Assembly: GCA_964016885.1 (NCBI GenBank)
Contig: OZ024757.1
Span: forward strand, 31,434,001 to 31,498,000
Length of the DNA stretch: 64,000 nt
Direction of reading: 5' to 3'
DNA from: Eledone cirrhosa
Taxonomy: Eukaryota
Shown: positions 1 through 13,612 of the stretch, one piece after another
Layout of the letters: the number at the start of each line of letters is the position of its first letter
How positions within the stretch are numbered: the stretch's first letter is position 1
Program-made: the position numbers and the translations under genes
The notes under the pieces: generated by a model
Databases searched by the model: none
What the model saw: only the letters and a program-made list of their open reading frames with translations
Told to the model about the DNA's origin: nothing

Positions 1-230
1 CATCCTTACGGGGTCGATAAAATAAAATACCAGTAATACACTGGGATAATTGCTGGCCTTGTGCCAAAAGTAGAAACAATTATAACTATTCTTATTCATG
101 CTGGGGTTAGCCCTTTCACCTTTAGAAGGTCGATAAAATAAAGCACCAGTAATGCACTGGGGTCGATTTTAATCAACTTTCCCCTTTACCAAAATTGCTG
201 GCCTTGTGCCTATCTAAGAAACCATTATTA
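1..230 (+). mobile_element. tRNA-derived SINE fragments (octopus OK-type family), two partial copies
   Basis: catccttacggggtcgataaaataaa.taccag...ttgctggccttgtgcc, repeated many times across the window. Confidence 0.75.
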
Positions 231-467
231 TACACATAAATGTCGTTTTGTTTGCTATAATTATAGGAAGATATTCATGAAAAAATACAAAGAGCGCCCC
301 AAAGAGGATTTAATGAAAGTCAAACCGGAACCAGCTGGTCAGATCATAACAGAAGCAGCAAAAGAAGAACCAAAGAATAGTGCCAACCAAAATAATTTCA
401 AACAATTTGTACCTTTTATTCTTTTGCTTTTAGTATTTTGGTAAATTGAGAATCTTGCGAGTCTTAA

Positions 468-692
468 CCCTTTAACATTTACATTACTCTATATTTACTA
501 TTGTGTTTTCACAGTAAAGGCTTTATCTCACATAATATCTCACATATTGTTGAATCTTTGAGATTTTGATATTATTTATTTTGAGAACAATTCCTTAACA
601 TCAGTATGAGTGGCCAGTTATGGCTGGTTTGAACACAATGAGGTGAGTAAAGAAAATTCTGGGCGGATACGGCTGGTTTAAATGCTAAAGGG
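468..692. mobile_element. piggyBac-type MITE
   Basis: TTAA|CCCTTTA.CATTTA ... TAAATGCTAAAGGG|TTAA: TTAA target duplication and CCC/GGG termini. Other copies at ~26645-26860, 31678-31893 and 42642-43259. Confidence 0.8.
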
Positions 693-814
693 TTAAGAAG
701 GAAGAAAGAAGCAATTACCATTATTTCTGGTGATAAGACACACTTTTTTAAACCTAAAATAATGCCCAAACCTGCTTGTGCCTTATACATTGAAAGTATG
801 TATGAATATAATAA

Positions 815-1510
815 TAATTGTTTCTACTTTTGGCACAAGGCCAGCAATTACCCAGTGCATTACTGGTACTTTATTTTATCAACCCCGTAAGGATGACAGG
901 CAAAGTCAATACACAATATATTAATAAATGGAAACTATATTTATAAAACCATAATTATTTTATTATATGTATTTCAAGGACAACCAAGGCAAATTATGGT
1001 GCGCTTTCATCAGATAAAATACAGATTTGTTTTATAAATAAAGATTGACATACCCGGATGAAAGGCAAAGCTAACCTCGGCGGGATTTGAACTCAGATTG
1101 GAAAGGGCCGTAACTCTATGCATCAAAGCATGGCGTCCGACACTCTACCGATACTGCCAATGATTTCTTTATACTCTGAATTCAAATCCCCCCACTTTGG
1201 TAAAATTTGCTAATCACCCTTTTGAGATCAATAATATAAAGTAACAATCAAATACTGGGGTTGATATCATTGATGTAGCACATAGTATATAGTAAACATA
1301 GGGACTACAATATATGTGGGACTGTACAGATAATTGTTTCTACTTTTAACACACAGCCAGCAATTACCCAGTGCATTACTGGTACTTTATTTTATCAACC
1401 CCGTAAGTATGAAAGGCAAAGTTAACCTTGGCGGGATTTGAACTCAGATCACAAAGGGCCGTAACTCTATGCTGCAAAGCATGGCGTCCGACCCTCTACC
1501 GATACTGCCA
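815..1510 (-). mobile_element. Cluster of SINE copies (OK-type), with an interposed hammerhead-bearing element
   Basis: Reverse complement carries A box tggcagtatcgg and B box gagttcaaatcc. Confidence 0.75.
957..1020 (-). ncRNA. Hammerhead ribozyme motif
   Basis: AUUUUAU-CUGAUGA-aagcgcacca...ugguuguccuu-GAAA-uacaua-UA-AUAAAAU. Confidence 0.55.
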
Positions 1511-2159
1511 ATAATGTTATATAAAAATAAGGGTAGGGTCAAGGGAGTATAATATAACAGACAGATCATGTTTTGAGATCAATAAAATATAGTACCAGTC
1601 AAATACTGGGGATTGATAATTGACTAGCTCATAGACTATAGTAAACATTAAAAATATAGGGGTTGCAATACATGTAGGGCTGGACAGATAATATTATATA
1701 AAAAAGAGGGTAGGGTTAAGGGAGTTATATAACAGACAGATCATGTTGATAAAACCAAAAATAAGTATAAAACGGACAATAACAGGAGATATGATATAAA
1801 TCATGAAAATATTTAGGGGTTACCTACCCGCACAGAGGTGGGGACCCATTAGTTAAATCAAGTCCGACCACCCTCACACATGAGGTGGGGCTGCATTAGT
1901 TAAGCCAAGTCAGAACAACCCCAACATTTCCACCCATTCACTCACATGGGGAGACCCCACTACTTAAACCAAGTTTAAGCTGTATATACCCTAAACATTT
2001 ATCTTCAAAAATAGGGGTGTGTCTTATATTCAGATACAATATGGTAGCTTTAACAATTCTGGGATCACAGCAGCCTAGTTTCAAACCATGGCAACGGCAC
2101 TAAACTAAATCTAAACCTAATCCCCCCTTTTTTCATTATTATTATTATTACTATTTTTA

Positions 2160-2610
2160 TTCACGCTGGGGTTAGCTTTTCCTTTCATCCTTACAGAGTC
2201 AATAAAATAAAGTACCAGTAATGCACTGGGGTAGATTTAATCAACTTTCCCCTTCCCCCCAAATTGCTGGCATTGTGCCTATATCAGAAATCATTATTAC
2301 TATTTTTATTATGAACCGGTAGAACATCGGACAATATGCTTTTTGGCATAGTTAAGGCCCTTTACATTCTGAGTTCAAATCCCGCCGAGGTTAGCTTTGT
2401 CTTTCATCCTTATGGAGTCGATAAAATAAAGTACCAGTCACACACTGGGGTAAATTTAATCGACTTTCCCCTCCCCCCAAATTGCTGGCCTTGTGCCTAT
2501 AGTAGAAATCATTATTTTGCCTTTCATCCTTACAGGATCGATAAAATAAAGTACCAGTAATACACTGGGGTAATTGCTGGCCTTGTGCCAAAAGTAGAAA
2601 CAATTATTAT
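2160..2610 (+). mobile_element. Tandem SINE copies (OK-type)
   Basis: gagttcaaatcccgccgaggtta...ttgtgccaaaagtagaaac. Confidence 0.75.
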
Positions 2611-2677
2611 TTAAAGTATTATTGTTTTCTGTTTCAATATATATTTGTTTGTTATGGTCTCTGTTGAAATCTGTTAA

Positions 2678-3117
2678 ACTGTTGTTGTTGTTGTTGTTGT
2701 TACTGTTATAGTTGCTGCTGTTGTTGTTATTAGTGTTGTTGTTGTTATAGTTGCTGTTACTGTTATTAGTGCTGTTGTTGTTGTTATAGTTGTTGTTGCT
2801 GTTGTTATTACTGTTATAGTTGCTGTTGTTGTTATTAGTGTTGTTGTTGTTATAGTTGCTGTTACTGTTATTAGTGCTGTTGTTGTTGTTGTTATAGTTG
2901 TTGTTGCTGTTGTTATTACTGTTATAGTTGCTGTTGTTGTTGTTATTAGTGTTGTTATAGTTGTTGTTGCTGTTACTGTTATTACTGTAATTGTTATTGC
3001 TGTTATTATTGCTGTTGTTATTACTGTTGTTATAGTTGCTATTGCTGTTGTTGTTGTTATTGCTGTAGTTGTTGTTGTTATTACTGTAGTTGTTGTTATA
3101 GTTGTTGTTGTTATTAA
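2678..3117. repeat. Degenerate (GTT/GCT/ATT)n trinucleotide repeat
   Basis: Direct reading. Confidence 0.9.
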
Positions 3118-3154
3118 GATTTTTCAGAAATTGTGCAGCTTGAATTAGTCAGTC

Positions 3155-5408
3155 AACTGGTACCAACACCACCTGGTATCTCATTCTATAGACTATTAGT
3201 ACATTCTACAGTATGTTGATAACTTCTATGCTACATTTGTACCACTTTCTATAGTATATTGGTACCACCTTCTATAGAATAATAGTACCACCTTCTACAG
3301 CCTATTGGTACCTCCTTCTATAATCTATTGGTACCAATTATAGTATATTAGTACCTTCTATAGTATATTGGTAACACCTTCTATAGCTTATTGGTACCAC
3401 CTTCTATAGTATATTAGTACCATCTGTAGTATAATGGTACCACCTTCTATAGTATGTTAGTACCACCTTCTAGAGTTCATTGGTACCAACTGCAGTATAT
3501 TGGTACTTTCTAGAGTCTATTGGTACCACCTTCAATAGTATATTGGTACCACCTTCTACAGTCTTTTGGTACTGTCAATAGTATATTAGTACCACCTTCT
3601 ATAGTTAATTGGTACCACCTTCTATAGTTAATTGGTACCAACTACAGTCTATTGGTACCACCACCTATAGTTAATTGGTACCAACTATAGTCTATTGGTA
3701 CCACCACCTATAGTTAATTGGTACCAACTACAGTCTATTGGTACCACCACCTATAGTTAATTGGTACCAACTATAGTCTACTGGTACCACCTTCTATAGT
3801 TAATTGGTACCAACTACAGTCTATTGGTACCACCACCTATAGTTAATTGGTACCAACTATAGTCTATTGGTACCACCTTCTATAGTTAATTGGTACCAAC
3901 TATAGTCTATCGGTACCACCTTCTATAGTTAATTGGTACCAACTATAGTCTATTGGTACAACCTTCTATAGTTAATTGGTACCAACTATAGTCTATCGGT
4001 ACCACCTTCTATAGTTAATTGGTACCAACTATAGTCTATTGGTACCACCTTCTATAGTTAATTGGTACCAACTATAGTCTACTGGTACCACCTTCTATAG
4101 TTAATTGGTACCAACTATAGTCTATTGGTACCACCTTCTATAGTTAATTGGTACCAACTATAGTCTATTGGTACCACCACCTATAGTTAATTGGTACCAA
4201 CTATAGTCTATTGGTACCACCTTCTATAGTTAATTGGTACCAACTATAGTCTACTGGTACCACCTTCTATAGTTAATTGGTACCAACTATAGTCTATTGG
4301 TACCACCACCTATAGTTAATTGGTACCAACTATCGTCTATCAGTACCACCTTCTATAGTTAATTGGTACCAACTATAGTCTATTGGTACCACCACCTATA
4401 GTTAATTGGTACCAACTATCGTCTATCGGTACCACCTTCTATAGTTAATTGGTACCAACTATAGTCTATTGGTACAACCTTCTATAGTTAATTGGTACCA
4501 ACTATAGTCTATTGGTACCACCTTCTATAGTTAATTGGTACCAACTATCGTCTATCGGTACCACCTTCTATAGTTAATTGGTACCAACTATCGTCTATCG
4601 GTACCACCTTCTATAGTTAATTGGTACCAACTATCGTCTATCGGTACCACCTTCTATAGTTAATTGGTACCAACTATAGTGTATTGGTACTATCACCTAT
4701 AGTTAATTGGTACCAACTATCGTCTATCGGTACCACCTTCTATAGTTAATTGGTACCACCTTCTATAGTTAATTGGTACCAACTATAGTCTACTGGTACC
4801 ACCTTCTATAGTTAATTGGTACCAACTATAGTCTACTGGTACCACCTTCTATAGTTAATTGGTACCAACTATAGTCTATTGGTACCACCTTCTATAGTTA
4901 ATTGGTACCAACTATAGTCTACTGGTACCACCTTCTATAGTTAATTGGTACCACCTTCTATAGTTAATTGGTACCAACTATAGTCTACTGGTACCACCTT
5001 CTATAGTTAATTGGTACCAACTATAGTCTACTGGTACCACCTTCTATAGTTAATTGGTACCACCTTCTATAGTTAATTGGTACCAACTATAGTCTACTGG
5101 TACCACCTTCTATAGTTAATTGGTACCCCCTTCTATAGTTAATTGGTACCAACTATAGTCTACTGGTACCACCTTCTATAGTTAATTGGTACCAACTATA
5201 GTCTATTGGTACCACCTTCTATAGTTAATTGGTACCAACTATAGTCTATTGGTACCACCTTCTATAGTTAATTGGTACCAACTATAGTCTATTGGTACCA
5301 CCTTCTATAGTTAATTGGTACCAACTATAGTCTACTGGTACCACCTTCTATAGTTAATTGGTACCACCTTCTATAGTCTACTGGTACCAATACCACCTTC
5401 TATAGTCT
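3155..5408. repeat. Minisatellite with 43-bp higher-order unit (20+23 bp), rich in GGTACC and CTATAG palindromes
   Basis: ggtaccaactatagtctatt + ggtaccaccttctatagttaatt. Degenerate at left, homogeneous from ~3600. Confidence 0.95.
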
Positions 5409-5598
5409 AAGGGTTTGTTGATGGCAGCAGTTTTTATTGTTAGACTGATGACAAATATTGTATATATGTTTAGTTACATATAGATTGCTTGAGAGAGAGA
5501 GAATAACATACAGACTTGTTTGAGTGTAGGACACAATACCTTGGTATGTCGGTACCAGCTGATAGCATTCTTAATCCAAATTCAGTATACACACACAT

Positions 5599-5652
<54 letters not shown>

Positions 5653-5834
5653 GTATATGTATGTATATATATATATATAAACACATATACATATATATAT
5701 ATATATATATACACAAATACATATATATATATACATATACACAAATATATATACATATACACAAATATATATATATATATATATACACATATATATAGAT
5801 ATGTGTGTATATATATATATTATGCACACACACA

Positions 5835-5914
5835 CAGGGTGTCCCCCAAAAATGTATACACACTTTTGTTAGAATGCTGTTGAAAAGTGTATATATTTTT
5901 TGGGGGACACCCTG
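5835..5914. mobile_element. Tc1/mariner-type mini-MITE
   Basis: TIR cagggtgtcccccaaaaa...tttttgggggacaccctg followed by TA. Partial copies at ~24140-24212, 60598-60629 and 60798-60835. Confidence 0.7.
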
Positions 5915-5929
5915 TATATATATATTTGT

Positions 5930-6135
5930 GAAGGCGTGTGGCTGAGTGGTTGGAGAATTAGATTCGCAACCATGGGGTTGTGAGTTCGATTCCTGGACCG
6001 GGTGATGAGTTATGTCCTTGAGCAAGACACTTTATTTCATGTTGCTCCTTCTGTCTGGATTTGTGACTGGTAGATAGTATTAGCAATTGGAAAGACCAAT
6101 GGAAACATGGTTTCCTTGGTCCGATTTAATGAGCT
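5930..6135 (+). mobile_element. Second tRNA-derived SINE family (CORE-like centre; OR-type)
   Basis: gaaggcgtgtggctgagtggtt...gagttcgattcc...gtccttgagcaagacactttat. Copies at 11905-12110 (-), 26275-26480 (+) and 31045-31330 (+). Confidence 0.7.
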
Positions 6136-6187
6136 CCACCCCACTCGTTAAGCGAATGAGGTTTGGGGTCTTGTCAATTGACTGTTA

Positions 6188-6486
6188 TGTATACACATGT
6201 GTATATATACACATGTGTATATATACACATGTGTATATATACACATGTGTATATATACACATGTGTATATATACATGTGTGTATATATACATGTGTGTAT
6301 ATATACATGTGTGTATATGTGCACATGTGTATATGTGCACATGTGTATATATACACGTGTATATATACACGTGTGTATATATACACATGTGTATATGTGC
6401 ATATGTGTGTGTGTAGAATTTGCACCTAGAATGCATTCAAGCTGAAACAATCACCACTTATGTATATGCGTATGTGTGTGTGTGTA

Positions 6487-6517
<31 letters not shown>

Positions 6518-6604
6518 AAAGAGAGAGACACACACACATACACACAGATAGACATTTATATATATACAGTATATATACAGTATATATATGTATATCTATA
6601 TACA

Positions 6605-6644
<40 letters not shown>

Positions 6645-6739
6645 CATACACACACTAACACACACACAGATATACATATATATATACATATATATATACA
6701 GTATATAAATGTATATCTGTATAGATATATAAACGTATA

Positions 6740-6789
<50 letters not shown>

Positions 6790-6839
6790 CAGCCACATGC
6801 CTTCACGAACACACACACACACATATAACTATATATTTG

Positions 6840-6871
<32 letters not shown>

Positions 6872-6889
6872 TGTGTGTATGTATGTATA

Positions 6890-6933
<44 letters not shown>

Positions 6934-7529
6934 TGAAGATGTAGATTTGCTATATAATATTTAAAATACTGGAAATATTGCACCAAAGACGCTATTGCTA
7001 AAAGAATGTGCAATAGAGAAATATCGCAATGCACATGCAGTTAATTGTTGCTTTATACAAAAACTATATTTTATAATGAAATAAATTAAATATATATATT
7101 TATATATAATTTGTGTGTATATGTATATTATATATATATATGTATATTATACATATATGTATATTATATATATATGTATATTATATAAATATGTATATTA
7201 TATATATATGTATATTATATATATATTACATATATATATATTATATATATACATATATCTATATTATATATATATATTATATATATATATATATTATATA
7301 TATATATATATATATATTATTTATATATTATATATTATATATATTATATATATATTATATATTATATATATATATTATATATATATATTATATATATATT
7401 ATTTATATTTTATATATTATATATATTATTTATATATTATATATTATATATATTATATATATATTATATATTATATATATATATTATATATATATATTAT
7501 ATATATATATTATATATATATATATTATA

Positions 7530-7574
<45 letters not shown>

Positions 7575-7910
7575 ATATATTATATATATATATTATATAT
7601 ATATATTATATATATATATTATATATATATATTATATATATATATTATATATTATATATTATATATATATATATTATATATATATATATTATATATATAT
7701 ATATTATATATTATATATATATTATATATTATATATATATATATATTATATATATATATATTATATATATTATATATTTATATATATATATATATTATAT
7801 ATATATATTATATATATTATATATTTATATATATATATATATTATATATATATTTATATATATATATATTATATATATATATATTATATTTATATATTAT
7901 ATATATACCC
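6188..7910. repeat. Compound TA/TG/CA microsatellites including long (TATATAT)n tract 7090-7910
   Basis: Direct reading. Source of the spurious YI-repeat ORFs. Confidence 0.95.
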
Positions 7911-8028
7911 ACACACATGTATGTTTGAATATGTTTATAGAAATATATATATATTTGTAAATTGTTTTATAAATAAAAAATGTCAATTTAAATATCTCTA
8001 GTTTGTTTTTTCATTCTCTTTATTACTT

Positions 8029-8090
<62 letters not shown>

Positions 8091-9447
8091 GCGTGGTTGG
8101 CAGCTGAGAGAAAAGAGTACTCAATACAGGACTAGAGTTTTAATATTCATTTTAGTAACCCTGGCTTGGTATGCTGGAGCTTTGCCTGTTTATCATAAGG
8201 TCAAACAATATATATATATATATATATAGTAATAAAAATAAATTAGAAGACTAAAATCCAAAGAGGGCTCGATAAGGAAGGACAAATATATAATGGGATC
8301 TTCTGAAACTAACAAAGTTAGTTTCAGAAGATCCCGTTAAGGGTGAAAGCAGCGATTATTTGCTTAAACTTTAATCTGTTATTTTAATTAATATATATAT
8401 ATATATATAAAGTTTGGTGGTTCACCACTAGATAGAACTGGTCATTCGGTATAGTTAATCATGATGTAATAGCAGAAAAAGCATGCAACGTTATACACCT
8501 CATCCATCTTTGATGTTGAATCCTGTTGGTGGTGTGGGAACGGAGTTAATTATATATATATATCATGTTTAATATAGAAATAACTTTTACAGGACTAGAA
8601 ATGTTTCATTCAAAAGAAATCATCAGGGCTTTTCTGATGATTTCTTTTGAATGAAATAATTCTAGTTCTAGTCCTGTAGAAGCCATTTCTATATTAAACA
8701 TGACGTTTCTACTCTGCAAATGTATTGAGTACCTTACTCACTGCGGTTACCCCCGATTGAACCCGAGACGTACATATATATATAAAATTTGAAAAAATAT
8801 TGAAATAAAAATATCTTAAATATTACTGATTTGTTTTTATTTATTTATTTTTTATTCGTTCATTAAAAAAAATATTTTTAATTGGCTTGTCATGGTAAGA
8901 AGCCCGTGTGATTCCGTTTCTGGTATGAGGAAGGAGAGCGATCCAATTTTGATGCCTGCAACAATACAGAAGAATTATTTTAAAGGGAAACAACCAAGAA
9001 TATGTTCGAAAGAATTATCTTTCTTGGGGAAAAGCTCGGCGTGTACGTCGATAAATTACAAAATATTCGAATATTTCTACTTTATACTTTTTAACTTATT
9101 TTTATACTTTGTGAGGAGTTCAAGTAATAAATCGTTTTAAACACACACACACACAAATACACACATACACACACACACACATGAAACAGTTCTAGTCCTG
9201 TATAGAATAAATATTCTTCTTTCTCTATCTCGCTCACACACACACGTATATATTTTAAACCTTTCTGTATCTAGCGTCGTTGTTTTATATGTATGCCTTC
9301 GGTCGGTTTTCTTGGTGTTACACTTTATAACTGTTGTGTTAACTCAGGACCTAATGTTTTTTTAACTTTCGCTGCATTGAGGGCTTTATGATTGCTTCAA
9401 ACAAATCGAATAATTCTTGCTGTGCAACAGCTAAAACTTCGGTTTAT

Positions 9448-9528
<81 letters not shown>

Positions 9529-9620
9529 TAAGTATTTCCAAAGAAAGGCAAAAGAAAAAAGAGTGCTCTATGTATAAAACAGTTATTTAATTAGAAAGCG
9601 AACAACACAATATATAACTA

Positions 9621-9685
9621 CTCCATTACCAAAGGTTTCAGGACCCTAGACAATATTAACATATGTCTAGTTCGCTCATCAGATT
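9621..9685 (-). ncRNA. Hammerhead motif, stem I truncated by adjacent LINE fragment
   Basis: CUGAUGA-[gcgaacuagaca...ugucuaggguccu]-GAAA-CC-uuu-GG-UA. Followed on the same strand by the tail tacatagagcactct also seen near 22800 and 58406. Confidence 0.5.
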
Positions 9686-10430
9686 TCCATGTGTCTAACA
9701 CACGTGGACATGCCCACAAAGTCAGAAAACAGCACAGCTCTCATGACTTTCGGAAACATTTTTTCACGCTCAGAGTTGCTGAAGCATGGAACAAACTACC
9801 TGCATCAGTTGTTAGCTGTCGAGACACTGCATCCTTTAAGGCCTCCTTGGGACAAACTACCTGCATCAGTTGCTAGCTGTCGAGACACTGCATCCTGTAA
9901 AACCTCCATGGAACAAACTGCTTGCATCAGTTGTGAGCTGCCAAGACACTGCATCCTGTAAAACCTCCATGGAACAAACTCCTTGCATCAGTTATTAGCT
10001 GTCGAGACACTGCATCCTTTAAAATCTCCATGGGACAAACTACCTGCATCAGTTGTTAGCTGTTGATACACTGCATCCTTTAAAACCTCCCTGGGACAAA
10101 CTCCCTGCATCAGTTGTTAGCTGTCGATACACTGCATCCTTTAAAACCTCCATGGAACAAACTACCTGCATCAATTGTTAGATGTCGATACACTGCATCC
10201 TTTAAAACCTCCATGGAACAAACTACCTGCATCAGTTGTTTGCTGTCGAGACACTGCATCCTTTAAAACCTCCATGCTTCTTGAGATTCGCCAACACCAC
10301 ACATGTATTTCATGACTCAAACACTGTTCACTTTCCTGACATTTGAACATTATTCTGTGTACTGTACATGCACCTTTGATGAGTTGTAGTGCACCTAAGC
10401 AGTGTACACAATAATTTCATTATTACTATA
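9685..10430 (+). mobile_element. CR1/L2-clade LINE 3' end with internal ~61-bp tandem expansion
   Basis: ORF 9691: TRGHAHKV...FRKHFFTLRVAEAWNKLPASVV...SFK is the typical CR1/L2 ORF2 C-terminus. The 3' tail recurs inverted at 13075-13146. Confidence 0.8.
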
Positions 10431-10989
10431 CACAGTAACTTCACACTTTGTAGTCCAGTGTTTTGTGGTTGTACTGTTGTAACATCGTTTCTAATGCCTT
10501 GTGGTATCTCTTACGGCCATACGCAACACATAGGACGTAACGACGTACATGCATGTGGCACCGCCTTTCTTTCTCTCTGCTTCATTAAGGTCGCCTCTAC
10601 TTCAGTTTGTGTACCTGTATCTGTATCAACAAGTACACATACACGGTGAAATGTGCTCACACACACACTAGTTAAACTTTAATTAGTTACCTACACTTTT
10701 ACAAACTATCCCCTGTGATTGTTTCATATGTTTATTTTATATATATATATATATATATATGTGTCAATCTATTTCTAGTTGATATAAAATGCTCGGATCT
10801 ATTCATTGGAATCTTTGAGCATATTCTACAGTGGATATGATGCATGTCCCTCAGACATGACACCCTTAATTCAATTTTGTATATATATATATATATACAC
10901 ACAGAACTTATGTTCATCGATTTCAGGGACTTGACTCCTTCTTCCTCCCGTTTGACCTGTGCGAAATTCTTTCCTTACTCACATTTCGT

Positions 10990-11049
10990 AACACCTGATG
11001 ATGTCACCTGATTCATGCAGAACCTGGTCATTGAAATATGCATAGTGTT
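10990..11049 (+). ncRNA. Type-I hammerhead ribozyme motif with palindromic stem III
   Basis: AACAC-CUGAUGA-[ugucacc...ggucauu]-GAAA-uaugca-UA-GUGUU. Stem I is AACAC/GUGUU. Confidence 0.7.
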
Positions 11050-11101
11050 TATAATAAACCTTTAAGGAATTTCACCAGTCCAGCCTCTTGTCGTTTTATT
11101 T

Positions 11102-11149
<48 letters not shown>

Positions 11150-11264
11150 CATATATATATACACACACACACATGTATATATACACACATACATACATAC
11201 CTATATATATATGTATATATTAATTCCAAATATTAACAAAACAGATATTCTTGTGATCAATTAA

Positions 11265-11329
11265 ATTTTATTATACATATTTCAGAGGTACTGAATTAAG
11301 TTCAACAGTACGTCCTCATCAGATAAAAT
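11265..11329 (-). ncRNA. Hammerhead ribozyme motif (same family as 11773)
   Basis: AUUUUAU-CUGAUGA-ggacguacug...caguaccucu-GAAA-uaugua-UA-AUAAAAU. Confidence 0.6.
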
Positions 11330-11772
11330 AAAATGGTACATGACATACCCTGACATTCTCTGAAATATGTATAATAAAATTTAATTGATCACAAGAATAT
11401 CTGTTTTGTTAATATTTGGAATTAATATTAATAACTCTAGAAAATTATTTTTTTTTTAACTGTAGAGTGCTTCCAATCTATTGTAAAACTCATTCTTTGA
11501 TGTACTCATTGAATCTTGTTTAACTCTTAAATATATATATATATATATTTGTAGTAAGGTTGCTTGGATGCGTCCATAGGCGGTATGCCGGTTCAGCACT
11601 CTATGCCCCTTCAGAGCAGAGTATAATAATATGGAAAACGAAGAAACAATTGTAATACGTTAATAAATTGTGTTTCGATACATCACTGATTCTTCTTTTT
11701 CCATATTATATATATATATATATATATAAATCTTAACCATTTAACATCTCTGGGTATGTCATGTATCATTAT

Positions 11773-11825
11773 ATTTTGTCTGATGAGGACGTACTGTTGT
11801 ACATCCGAAATATGTATAATAAAAT
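11773..11825 (+). ncRNA. Hammerhead ribozyme motif
   Basis: AUUUUGU-CUGAUGA-GGA...UCC-GAAA-uaugua-UA-AUAAAAU. Confidence 0.65.
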
Positions 11826-11904
11826 GTAATTGATCAAAAGAACATCTATTTTATTAATATTTGTATTTTAAAATATATATATATATATATATATATAGGA
11901 GACG

Positions 11905-12110
11905 ATCGACTTTCGTCAAATCGGACCGAGTGTTTCCGTCGGTCTTTCCAATTGCTAATACTATCTATCGGTCGCAACTCCAGGTAGAAGGAGCAACGTG
12001 AAATAAAGTGTCTTGCTCAAGGACATAACGCATCGCCTGGTCCAGGAATCGAACTCACAACCTTACGATTGCGAATCCAATTCTCTAACCACTCAGCCAC
12101 ACGCCTTCAC
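11905..12110 (-). mobile_element. OR-type SINE copy
   Basis: Reverse complement of the 5930-6135 element. Confidence 0.75.
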
Positions 12111-12333
12111 GTATATATATATACAATATATTAATAAATGGAAACTATATTTATAAAACCATATTTATTTTATTATACATATTTAAAGGGCCACCAAGGC
12201 AAATTATGGTGCGCTTTCACTCATTTATTAATATATTGTGTATTTACTCCACTAACTGTTGAGTGCTTTATATCAGTTATAAAAATGTTTAAGCTTGTTG
12301 AATCCCAACAAATTAAATATAAGCTCTGCATAA

Positions 12334-12367
<34 letters not shown>

Positions 12368-12574
12368 ATGTGTGTATGTGTATGTGTGTGTGAGAAAAAC
12401 CACAAACCCTCTATCTCAATTCTACTTTTGAAAAGCACAAGAACTGCGAAACCGGTAAAGGAACTAAATAAATATATATAAAAAAAAAGACTCCTGTTGC
12501 GTTTTCGATTTCATCTTTTTTCCTTATACTTTCACTCGTTCTTTTTTTCAGTTTGTAAAAAAAACCCACTTTCT

Positions 12575-12613
<39 letters not shown>

Positions 12614-12840
12614 TAGAAAGTGAGGTTTTTTTTTACTGTATCCCTACAGATTTGATTGATGTCCAGCGTCTTTTGCAGCGATAGAAATCTGAAAACTTTT
12701 ATGACCTCACCTCAACTAAAGCTAATAGCAGTCGCCATGTCTCTGACTGACTGGTGTGTCTCCATATGAGGGAATGAATTCTGTGAGAGAACATCGTTAT
12801 TTTTTCTCCCTCATATCAAGAATTTGAAGACAATTCATTT

Positions 12841-12914
12841 TCACCTGATGAGATTAGTGATAATCGATCAAGGCTTCACAATCGATCTATCTCTTATTGA
12901 AACATGTGTCGTGA
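12841..12914 (+). ncRNA. Hammerhead ribozyme motif with long stem II
   Basis: UCAC-CUGAUGA-[~47 nt]-GAAAC-augu-GUC-GUGA. Canonical GUC triplet and palindromic ACAUGU. Confidence 0.6.
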
Positions 12915-12955
12915 TTAAATGATTGGAATTTTACCTTGCCTTCAGATTTTCATTT

Positions 12956-13018
<63 letters not shown>

Positions 13019-13279
13019 TATATATCACAAAAGAAGAAGAGGGGATCCGTGTGTATCACAGGTGATATTGTGATAATAATAATAATAATAATGAAATTAT
13101 TGTGTAAAGTGCTCAGGTGCACTACAATTCGTCAAAGGTGCATGTATAGTATTAACAACAAGTAGAGGACTCAGTGGTCGTCGGCCGTAGGCAGTTTTGA
13201 CACCTACTAACGGAACAGTTGGTTCATCCGGGGTCACAGTGTCTAACAAGACGAAAACAAAACAAAGTTAGCGTGTATA

Positions 13280-13370
13280 GAAATAACTGGTGATGCTCGT
13301 GAAGGCGCTTGACTGTTCCAGCGCCTCAGCCTCGCCATCACCTGTGGTAACGCCACAGCTTGCTTAAAAA
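13280..13370 (+). mobile_element. CRE-like non-LTR element 3' fragment
   Basis: Translates ITGDAREGA*LFQRLSLAITCGNA, matching FQRVSLAVLRGNA at ~23550. Confidence 0.55.
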
Positions 13371-13446
13371 ACTAATAGGGAGGTTTACCAGTGATCTTCG
13401 CTATATCGTTACCTTTTGTTCAGCCAACTGTTCGTTAATAAAAGAA

Positions 13447-13502
<56 letters not shown>

Positions 13503-13612
13503 CAATAAACAGGAAGATGTGTAAATATGAAAATATACTCTTGACAGGTGCAATGTGTCCAAACACAGAAGGGCCAAACTCCCACCGTCATCGACCCCAT
13601 CTCTCTCGCCCT

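Noticed and set aside
3600-5400. CRISPR-like array of palindromic repeats
   Set aside because: No unique spacers, no cas genes, and a eukaryotic context. It is a minisatellite.
5930-6005. tRNA gene
   Set aside because: The A/B boxes continue into a SINE body found in several diverged copies; it is a tRNA-derived SINE head.
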